Virus record (IMG/VR): IMGVR_UViG_3300020413_000007
Strand: one strand, 5' to 3'
Length of the DNA: 20,000 nt
Source of the DNA: an uncultured virus (IMG/VR IMGVR_UViG_3300020413_000007)
Taxonomy: Duplodnaviria > Heunggongvirae > Uroviricota > Caudoviricetes
Below, one piece after another: positions 10,501 through 16,546 of the stretch. How positions within the stretch are numbered: position 1 is the stretch's first letter; each line of letters begins with the position of its first letter. The notes beneath the pieces were generated by a model. The model did not search any database, had not been told where the DNA came from, and saw nothing but the letters and a program-made list of their open reading frames with translations. A program made the translations under genes and the position numbers.

Positions 10501-10720
10501 AGATGATGAGACAGATGATTTCAACTTATTAGATTACGTTGAAATACCTTCTACAAATTATCCATTCTCACCAGACAAAGAAACATATCGGGCATTTGAA
10601 TATGAAATTACTGGTTTAGTAGGTTTCAAAGAATATGCTATTAAGGTTGTTATGATTGGTAACGATCAATCTAATGTGCCTAAAATAAGAAACTTTAGAG
10701 GAATTGCCCTCGCAGTATAA
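4577..10720 (+). CDS. Large virion structural protein, VrlC-like / DUF4815-type (baseplate or tail associated)
   Basis: 2047 aa. Recognisable motifs: N-terminal PYFDDFDSSKNYQKILFKPGYPVQARELTQLQ, APGADRLKI, LARRTYDESGDY, GKAYVRGFEI, RRYTMKDIG, RFKNGFLVDNF, NPFNVFTWVG, DPLAQSFFV, C-terminal PKIRNFRGIALA. Occupies the usual post-gp8 position in cyanomyoviruses. Confidence 0.85.
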   Translation: MQKTNLQLAPYFDDFDSSKNYQKILFKPGYPVQARELTQLQTQLQNQIEKFGNHTFKDGSVVIPGQIGYDLQYDAVLVQNLIGGVEVEATRTSLVGKTLKGSTTGVEAEVVNTISVTTSEKNAITLYVKYTKSGSSTAGIQSTKFGNNETLIDTSTNLNVAQTYLLNATEYTGSIAYITNGIYYIRGFFVEVIDQNIILNQYSNKPTYKIGLTVTEEKITSDEDSTLFDNANGYSNFAAPGADRLKITASLSKELTSFSDNGNFIELLRLKDGILERIVETSLYSELEKNLARRTYDESGDYTVRDFTVKVKEALDNGDNGGIYNPNEVLADGRSILARDPLETDPTNSFNGNNYYALEVSSGKAYVRGFEIDNVAKKYVLAEKTRVTSASNNKTTNTSFGSYFTISSAVQTVTAGQTLSLRNSSNAVIGNARAVGVVPASTGHLLYVEEAFTFTDVVVTGDATALQSGDFIFSSRGSRGVVVSTTLSSGNTTLRLRQVVGRFVNNDVINNSRDSITFTISSLTDFKFTDVNNIINGLGYVATVTSNTGLKTKGKNSFIKISDLPVATISDYSYTKLARVTLTVQSGAVSITAPNNFTPLTTGYYITSATGDHTATATLTGNTLVLSSISGNPTNGTSVTIWYKLRVNNVSVRTKKNKTFQYLSVTKKKSSTDVVYGNRYDDKEINLRFPDVYKIHAIHEAAVNGVTDTNMFDRLIINDSSEVETGDIIQSGSLRAKIIFKNGVNLHVKYLQNQKFTQGTNLTTQITIVNNPTLVGRFLTEVTHGNYIDITDNYALVKNDVEDNYRISKLSRLGNRSTPSQKITIVFDYFEHGNTTNDFYATSSFNTDDDGDIEYTNIPYAYDGTPYTDILDFRGTYTPTTASGSGTVTAPYVTSNGKSAFDIYEQTKSAAITAYPDEFATYDLSYYTARIDRLYLNKEGKFVISQGSPAINPVIPESVSDSLLINTISIPAYLRDVNQISIQKEDTRRYTMKDIGAIESRVDSIEYYTTLSLLETDTNNMMILDSSGNNRFKNGFLVDNFKSLNFTESKNPDFNMSIDTTQGLMRPYPYVNNIGFKWLETMDGTATKVGGLQKTGDFLSLPYKEEQFASNPYASKVVNLNPFNVFTWVGDFKISPERDVWFDTKRSAPENVPQVDLTGPIKFLYDRSGADGEKWGSWNNTGSERVSGGTEFTDKRTGVENSFSTVTQNIEVGDRIDGIKNIEFARSIVIDAKSSRMKPNTNLYFFIDGEDYNDSVYPKIFRNITRTVNSTSFVVGEKVRIESQSDPGTNQIIAEVVVASKYDSTITANYSGASTVIAIDNVTTVDGTLLNPSSPTDKVKITGLTTGAVAEVDLTSPRISTNDEGTVDFFILVPPEKLETGKSRLVITDESTSTTVEGVSDTNAVANYDSEGTLFELTSLSIDMQIPQITVTPIEETRQRFIPDPPPPPPRNCDPLAQSFFVDAIEGGMFITSIDLYFQSKDTKVPVTIDIRTVENGSPTQTILPFSVKTIEAANVSVNATKANTVTKFTFDAPVYVANGQEYAFILRSRSLNYKVWVSRLNQVDVDTSQLIDKQPYAGSLYKSQNMSVWEPDQFEDIKFNINRAKFTTNSKLTAQLTNGIVPRVDLPTDPLIFTSDSTDITILHPNHCMHTKQNFVNISGVKSDVPNTKLVTPLGNAQFIVDTAITLADGTFTPTQFNNTTVGDNNFGYIKINDEIIAYKSVSGSTITVPSGGRGVGDTVIVSHATNSVVEYYSINGIPLTEINKVHSLKDVISMDKYQISVNSKANETKQSGARYIKASRNLQFESITPRLNEIIFSGTELTTRLGTTSGSSVSEKNTGTFSTLQDVSLANLEVNELDASSVILSPENQTVYFGSTDSFKFYADMKSTVDNLSPMFNLSGSSVITAMNRINRIDKTDGTVDLTSELNSEGSLHDSVYVTKKVTLENSSTSIKILFDAIRRQGVDIKVFAKVKRDDETDDFNLLDYVEIPSTNYPFSPDKETYRAFEYEITGLVGFKEYAIKVVMIGNDQSNVPKIRNFRGIALAV

Positions 10721-10722
10721 TC

Positions 10723-10944
10723 ATGGAAAATCCAGAAGTTGAAGGCCATCCAGATCTCGCAAGGGATTCTGGATCTGGTGCTATAGTTAATAGAAATCCA
10801 TATAGTTATGAACAGTATATGGAAAGTTATAAGAAAAGAATTGAGAAAGAAGATAGAATAGATAATATAGAAAAAAACTTAATTGAAACTAGGAAAGAAA
10901 TAGATACTATTAAGGATCTTATTTTACGGCATATAATGTCATAA
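10723..10944 (+). CDS. Conserved small T4-like cyanophage protein with C-terminal coiled coil
   Basis: 73 aa, VEGHPDLARD..SGAIVN motif followed by heptad-like IDNIEKNLIETRKEIDTIKDLI. Starts 2 nt after the upstream stop. Confidence 0.8.
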   Translation: MENPEVEGHPDLARDSGSGAIVNRNPYSYEQYMESYKKRIEKEDRIDNIEKNLIETRKEIDTIKDLILRHIMS

Positions 10945-10975
10945 ATAGTGATGGGAAACAAATCTCCTATAAATA
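10940..10975 (+). promoter_or_regulatory. Two tandem late promoter motifs (CATAAATA 10940-10947; TATAAATA 10968-10975)
   Basis: Both match NATAAATA in the gap upstream of the ATG at 10997. Confidence 0.75.
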
Positions 10976-10996
10976 TAGTATAAGTGGTAGACCCTA

Positions 10997-11326
10997 ATGG
11001 CAGCAGTTCATAATTTACACATTGATCAAGGTGCTGACTTTACTGTCGAAGTTGGTATATATGATGATAATAATGCGGCTTGGGACCTTACTGGTTATGC
11101 AGTAGCTGCCAAGATTCAAAAATCGTATTATAGTACATCATCAACAAGTTTTGTTGCAACTGTGAGTTCTACCGCATCTGGAACAGTAGTTCTAACCCTT
11201 CTCGACACTGTTACTGCAGCCATGGATCCTGGCAGGTATCTGTATGACGTAGTTGTTACGTCAGCTGGTGGTATAAAAACACGAGTCATAGAAGGAATTG
11301 TTACAATCAACCCTGGCATAACATGA
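10997..11326 (+). CDS. Small virion structural protein (Ig-like beta-sandwich; probable fibre anchor)
   Basis: 109 aa with NLHIDQGADF...DLTGY...IQKSY...G.V.LTL....T..MDPGRYLYDV......TRVIEGIVTINPGIT, a pattern common in cyanophage structural regions. Confidence 0.8.
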   Translation: MAAVHNLHIDQGADFTVEVGIYDDNNAAWDLTGYAVAAKIQKSYYSTSSTSFVATVSSTASGTVVLTLLDTVTAAMDPGRYLYDVVVTSAGGIKTRVIEGIVTINPGIT

Positions 11327-11535
11327 ATACTAAAGTTACTGTTCGGAACACACCTCAAGTCATTACTGTTGCCGCTTCGGCTGGTGCTAGTGGTAGTTTA
11401 GCCACCTTGACTGATGTAAATTTATCTTCTGCGGGCGATGGTGCCGTTCTTCAATATGATGTTACAACTCAAACTTGGATAGCTAGAAACATACTAGAAA
11501 ATTCTGGTTTAACTATCAATGCAGGCTTCTATTAA
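11323..11535 (+). CDS. Small fibre-associated/adaptor protein
   Basis: 70 aa, ATGA overlap with the upstream gene. L..LTDV......DG.VLQYD.....W fibre-type motif, C-terminal INAGFY. Confidence 0.75.
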   Translation: MNTKVTVRNTPQVITVAASAGASGSLATLTDVNLSSAGDGAVLQYDVTTQTWIARNILENSGLTINAGFY

Positions 11536-11557
11536 ATCTTTCACATAGGAACAAAAA

Positions 11558-13690
11558 ATGGCAACTTTTATTAAAGTTAAAAGGTCGAGTACAACACCAA
11601 CCGCAACTCCGAGTAATCTAAGAAACGGTGAATTTGCACATAGTTATGGTGCTGGTACTTATACTGACTTTCAAACTACAAACAACGGTGCATCAAACGT
11701 TACTTCGAGTGGTAAACTCTTCATCGGTCAAGGTACTGAAGATGGATCTGGACATGCTGCAAATATAGATGTAATTGGTGGTAAGTATTTTACTGACATG
11801 TTAGATCATGGTCATGGTACTTTAACTGCTAACTCTGCTTTAATTGTTGACCAATCTAAAAAAGTTGATGAATTAAATGTAGATAATCTTAATTTTAATT
11901 TAAACACAATTTCAACAACAAACAGTAATGGAGATTTAATACTAGATCCAGCTGGAACTGGTTCTGTTAATATTGTTGACGATACTAATCTTGCTTTTGG
12001 TACGGATGAAGATGGTAAGATTGAATATGATGAAGATGGAACTGACAAAGTTCAAGTAACTGGTGCAAACTGGAAATTTAATTGCACAGTTGAGATGGAC
12101 AATATTATTGTTGGGCCTGATAATCCTCATAGTTTTGACATGCCAGATAATAATGCTACAGCTTTAAAAATTCATGAAGGTAGTAATAATTATCTTGTAT
12201 TTACAACAACAAACGGTTCTGAGTTAACTAAATTCAGTACTGCTGCTGTTGATATTGATCTTGATTTGAATGTTGACGGTGGAGATATTACAACTAATGC
12301 AACAACATTTAATTTATTAAATACAAATGCAACTACAGTAAATATGGGTGGTGCTGCTACTCAGATAGAAATTGGTGCTAACACTGGTTCATTTATTGTT
12401 AATAACCCAACAATTGTTGGTAGTCAGACAACACAGAATGTTTTTAATAGCTCTGCAACAACAGTTAATGCTTTTGGTGTTGCAGCTACATTGAATATGG
12501 GTGCTACAAGTGGTACTGCTACAATCAACAACCCAACTGTAGTTGGTACTCAGACTACTCAAAACTTATATAATACAACTGCAACCACAATGAATTTTGC
12601 TGGTGCAGCTACTACTATTAACATGGGTACTAATTCAACTACATTAGACCTTGGTGATATTAGAATTAAAGGAAATACAATTTCTACAGATAGTAACTCT
12701 GCAACAGAACTTGTCATCGACCCATTCCCCGATGCTGGAGATGCTGGTGGTGATGTTATCATTCGTGGTAATCTTCAAGTTGCTGGTACTACAACAACTG
12801 TTAACTCTTCTGAATTATCAGTTAACGATCCTATATTTACAGTTGGTGATACTGTAAGTTCTAAGACTGTTGTTTCAACTGCAGCAAGTGGACAAAACCA
12901 AGTTATAGTTGATAATCCTTCATCTGTTGTTGAAGGTGCAACAATTACTGGTACTGGAATTGCAACATCAACTACTGTATCTAATGTAGAGGTTGAGTTT
13001 AATACTAACGCTGGTGCATCAAGTAACGGACAATTTGGAACCGCTCCTTCTGCTGGAGATGCTATTTACTTCTATGATGGTACTTTATTCTCACAAGTTG
13101 GTACATTTGTATCTCAAACAACTAACGCTGTTAAGATCAATCTAATTGCAAATATTTCTCTTGGATCTGACAATTTCTATGACGGTGGAAGCCTAAGTAG
13201 TGTTGGAACTGGAACTCCTACTGCTAACCAAAAAGTTGGTATTACTAAAGTAAGTACAAAGGTCTTTAAGACAACTACATTTACTCTAAGTAATAACACA
13301 ACATCAAGTATTGCAGTAGATACACAACTTACAATCAGTCAAGCAGTTGACGACAACCTAGACCGTGGTATTCAATTTAAGTATTTAAAATCTAACTCTT
13401 CTAAAGTTGGTTTCTTTGGATACGATGATTCAAATGATGCTTTTGTATTCATCAAGGATGGTTCAAATAATTCTAATCTCTTTAGTGGTACTAGAGGAGA
13501 AGGTTGGTTCAAAACTATTAAGGTAGATGATGGTGTACACAAAGGTATCGCCTATTTTGATTCAGATCTTAAGATAACTAGAACAGTTGCTGCTGGTTCT
13601 GCTGATGTTGACACATCTTTCCAAATATTAACTGCTACATCTAGTGGTGTTCCTACATGGACTACAACTGTAGATGGAGGCACTTATTAA
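11558..13690 (+). CDS. Tail/virion fibre protein
   Basis: 710 aa, AGGA SD upstream. N-terminal MATFIKVKRS...L..GE.A.S.G...KLFIG attachment-type domain, IGGKYFTD, G.V.I.GNLQV.GTTTTVNS....VNDP, DDNLDRGIQF, C-terminal GVPTWTTTVDGGTY. Confidence 0.8.
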   Translation: MATFIKVKRSSTTPTATPSNLRNGEFAHSYGAGTYTDFQTTNNGASNVTSSGKLFIGQGTEDGSGHAANIDVIGGKYFTDMLDHGHGTLTANSALIVDQSKKVDELNVDNLNFNLNTISTTNSNGDLILDPAGTGSVNIVDDTNLAFGTDEDGKIEYDEDGTDKVQVTGANWKFNCTVEMDNIIVGPDNPHSFDMPDNNATALKIHEGSNNYLVFTTTNGSELTKFSTAAVDIDLDLNVDGGDITTNATTFNLLNTNATTVNMGGAATQIEIGANTGSFIVNNPTIVGSQTTQNVFNSSATTVNAFGVAATLNMGATSGTATINNPTVVGTQTTQNLYNTTATTMNFAGAATTINMGTNSTTLDLGDIRIKGNTISTDSNSATELVIDPFPDAGDAGGDVIIRGNLQVAGTTTTVNSSELSVNDPIFTVGDTVSSKTVVSTAASGQNQVIVDNPSSVVEGATITGTGIATSTTVSNVEVEFNTNAGASSNGQFGTAPSAGDAIYFYDGTLFSQVGTFVSQTTNAVKINLIANISLGSDNFYDGGSLSSVGTGTPTANQKVGITKVSTKVFKTTTFTLSNNTTSSIAVDTQLTISQAVDDNLDRGIQFKYLKSNSSKVGFFGYDDSNDAFVFIKDGSNNSNLFSGTRGEGWFKTIKVDDGVHKGIAYFDSDLKITRTVAAGSADVDTSFQILTATSSGVPTWTTTVDGGTY
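12284..12635 (+). repeat. ~3 tandem 42-aa (126-nt) repeats in the fibre shaft
   Basis: NNPTIVGSQTTQN at 12401 and NNPTVVGTQTTQN at 12527 (126-nt period). TT.N..N..ATT.N..G.A....[IM]G occurs three times. Confidence 0.85.
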
Positions 13691-13709
13691 ATTATAAACT
13701 GAGGTTATT

Positions 13710-13883
13710 ATGACACCTGATGAAGCAAATGCACTCATGCAAGTTATGAGTGAAAAAGTAAATCAATTGACTAGAGAAAATATGTTATTTGAGTCAAAAA
13801 TAATTTATTTGACTCAACAATTGAAAAAATTTGAAGATGATAAATCCTCTGAAATCCTAGAACCCGATGGCAAGTCCAAATAG
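13710..13883 (+). CDS. 57-aa coiled-coil protein (not in the ORF track)
   Basis: GAGG SD at 13701 and ATG at 13710: MTPDEANALMQVMSEKVNQLTRENMLFESKIIYLTQQLKKFEDDKSSEILEPDGKSK*. Fills the gap after the fibre gene and overlaps the gp13 start by 17 nt. Confidence 0.8.
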   Translation: MTPDEANALMQVMSEKVNQLTRENMLFESKIIYLTQQLKKFEDDKSSEILEPDGKSK

Positions 13884-14712
13884 TAAAGCCACTCTCAAAG
13901 AATATTGCTTAAGACAGCTTGGTAAACCTGTCATTGAGATTAATGTTGACGATGATCAAGTAGATGATTTGCTTGATGATACTATACAACTTTTCAATGA
14001 GAGGGTTTATGATGGTGTCGAGAGAATGTATTTAAAATACAAACTCACTGAAAATGATATTACAAATGGTGGTGGAGGAAGTGCAAACGCAGGCAGAAAT
14101 GAAACTGTAACTGCTACAGATAATAACGATGGTGCTTCTGGTACTTCTCGTACTCTTAATTTTGAACAAGGAAGAGGATATTTAACATTACCAGACCATA
14201 TCTTAGGTGTTGAAGGAATCAAAAAAGTTTCTAACACTATGGTTAATAATATGTTTGGTTTTAGATATCAGTTTTTTTTAAATGATTTCTATAATTTCTA
14301 TGCATATGATATTCTTAATATGGAAGTTACATTGCAGTATCTAGAAACATTAAATTTTTTAATAGAAGGTAATAAAGACGTTAGATTTAATAAGGTAACA
14401 AATAGACTCTACATTGATATTGATTGGGATTTAGCACAAGCGAATGATTATATTGTTGTAGATTGTTATAGAGCTTTAGACCCTGTGACATTTACTAAAG
14501 TATATAACGAAAGATTTGTAAAAAGATATGCTACTGCTAAAATTAAAAAACAGTGGGGTCAGAATTTAATAAAATTTACTGGTATCAAAATGCCTGGCGG
14601 AGTCGAGTTTAATGGTAGACAAATATATGATGATGCTACTCAAGAATTAAGTACTATTGAGGAACAAATGTTATCAACATATGAAACACCTCCATTAGAC
14701 TTTGTAGGATGA
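13867..14712 (+). CDS. gp13: Neck protein gp13
   Basis: LKEYCLRQLGKPVIEINVDDDQVDD, FNKVTNRLYIDIDW, VKRYATAKIKKQWGQNLIKFTGIKMPGGVEFNGRQIY, C-terminal YETPPLDFVG. Confidence 0.96.
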   Translation: MASPNSKATLKEYCLRQLGKPVIEINVDDDQVDDLLDDTIQLFNERVYDGVERMYLKYKLTENDITNGGGGSANAGRNETVTATDNNDGASGTSRTLNFEQGRGYLTLPDHILGVEGIKKVSNTMVNNMFGFRYQFFLNDFYNFYAYDILNMEVTLQYLETLNFLIEGNKDVRFNKVTNRLYIDIDWDLAQANDYIVVDCYRALDPVTFTKVYNERFVKRYATAKIKKQWGQNLIKFTGIKMPGGVEFNGRQIYDDATQELSTIEEQMLSTYETPPLDFVG

Positions 14713-14713
14713 T

Positions 14714-16546
14714 ATGGCTAAAAACGTATACTTTACTATAGGTACGAAGTCTGAACAAAGACTTTATGAAGACTTGATCATCGAGTCTATGAAAATTTAT
14801 GGTCTTGACGTATATTATCTACCTAGAGAAATGGTAACAACCGATAGGTTGTTTAGAGAAGATACTCTTTCTAAATTTGATGAGAACTATCTCATAGAAA
14901 TGTATCTTACAAACTATGATGGATTTGAAGGTGATGGAACATTACTAACAAAATTTGGTGTAAGAATATCAGAAGAAGCAACATTTATTGTATCAAGACG
15001 TAGATGGGAAGATTTGATACAAGCAAAATCAAACAATCTTGTTTCTGCTGAAAGACCAAATGAAGGAGATGCAATATATTTCCCATTAACAAAACAGTTA
15101 TTCCAAATTAAATTTGTAGAGAATGAAACACCTCTAAGACCTCTTGGAGATGTACCTACATTTACACTCGTTACTGAACTCATGGAGTTTGCTGATGAGA
15201 GACTTGAAACTGGTCTTGCTGAAATTGATAAAATTGCTGCAGAAGCAGCATACTCTATTGTTCATAAAGTCACTAGTGGTATCAAGTACATTTACATTAC
15301 TTCTGCTGGAACTGGATATGGTTCTGGTACAACAGTTACATTTAATACTTTAGCTGGTGCTGTTCCTCCAACATCTATTGTTCCTACAGTTACAAATGGA
15401 TCTATAGCATCAATTGCAATATCAAATCCTGGCAGTGGATATACAACAACTGCTCCAACAGTAACTATTGGTGGCACTGGAACTGGTGCTACAGCACAAG
15501 CAATTCTATCTGCTGGAGGTAATTTTACATTCGGTGAATTTGTATATGGTACAAAGTTTACCGCAGATGTAATTGCATCTAATCCAAATGCTACTTACAA
15601 TTTAACAAACGTATTTACGATTCGTAAAGTAGGAAGTGGATATACTACTGCTCCTCTAGTTACTATAGGAAAACCTGATGCTGTAACTGCAACAGCTACT
15701 ACCTCTTTGTTATCTGGTGCAGTTGATACTATAGCTTTAACATCTGGTGGACAAGGATATCCCGATAACTTAACCAATGTTCCTACTAGTGGTGGTACTG
15801 GTACAGGATTAAAAGTAAATACTACAGCTGTTAATGGAGTTATTACTAGTGTAACAATTCATACTAGTGGTAATGGATATACAGTTGGTGATACCATTAA
15901 TATAGTTCCAAATGGGTTTGGTGGAACTCAAGCAGTAATTACATTATCTACTGTATCTAGTCGTGTATCTTCAGTTGTAATGACTAGTGGTGGTAGTGGA
16001 TACACATCTACACCTACAGTTACATTATCTGCTCCAGAAACATCTGGAGGAACTACAGCTACAGCTACAGCAAATATGAGTGGTGGTGCTGTTGCCTCGA
16101 TTACGGTAACAAATGCTGGTACTGGATATACATCTTCACCCACAGTTACCATTGCTGAACCAACTAAAGTACAAGCACTTGCACAAGCAACAGTAACAAA
16201 TGGAACTATTTCTGCTGTAACTTTAACTACTGCTGGTAATGGTTATGTAAGTAAACCTAGAATCATTATTGCTCCATCTCCTAGTGAACCAAAAGGTAAG
16301 GTTGCAAGATGGGATGTGACAAACAAAGAATTAGAACTTATAGATATAGTAGGAACATTCTCTGATGATGATACTTTGATTGGTGTTGAATCACAATCTG
16401 AAACTGTCATAGATAGTTTCAGTAGTATAGAAAATGAGAACGCATCTAATTCTGAAAACGATTGGTTTGAAACTGAAGGTGATAATTTAATCGATTGGTC
16501 GGAAGGTAATCCATTTGGTGAATTTGGTAATTCTGGAGTATTCTAA
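14714..16546 (+). CDS. gp14: Neck protein gp14 with large repeat insertions
   Basis: N-terminal EQRLYEDLIIESMKIYGLDVYYLPRE, IEMY...DGFEG....LTKFG, RPNEGDAIYFP...LFQIKFVE; C-terminal DWSEGNPFG. At 610 aa it is over twice the size of T4 gp14, owing to eight G-x-G-Y repeats. Confidence 0.93.
   Translation: MAKNVYFTIGTKSEQRLYEDLIIESMKIYGLDVYYLPREMVTTDRLFREDTLSKFDENYLIEMYLTNYDGFEGDGTLLTKFGVRISEEATFIVSRRRWEDLIQAKSNNLVSAERPNEGDAIYFPLTKQLFQIKFVENETPLRPLGDVPTFTLVTELMEFADERLETGLAEIDKIAAEAAYSIVHKVTSGIKYIYITSAGTGYGSGTTVTFNTLAGAVPPTSIVPTVTNGSIASIAISNPGSGYTTTAPTVTIGGTGTGATAQAILSAGGNFTFGEFVYGTKFTADVIASNPNATYNLTNVFTIRKVGSGYTTAPLVTIGKPDAVTATATTSLLSGAVDTIALTSGGQGYPDNLTNVPTSGGTGTGLKVNTTAVNGVITSVTIHTSGNGYTVGDTINIVPNGFGGTQAVITLSTVSSRVSSVVMTSGGSGYTSTPTVTLSAPETSGGTTATATANMSGGAVASITVTNAGTGYTSSPTVTIAEPTKVQALAQATVTNGTISAVTLTTAGNGYVSKPRIIIAPSPSEPKGKVARWDVTNKELELIDIVGTFSDDDTLIGVESQSETVIDSFSSIENENASNSENDWFETEGDNLIDWSEGNPFGEFGNSGVF

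Noticed and set aside
10952..10968. Hairpin GGGA-aacaaa-TCTC as a terminator
   Set aside because: The stem is only about 4 bp with a wobble pair and there is no U-tract.
4500..15353. Alternative-frame + strand ORFs 4500-4721, 12651-12857 and 15144-15353
   Set aside because: They overlap conserved genes out of frame; their Leu/Gln-rich composition is the expected by-product of the main frame's codon bias.
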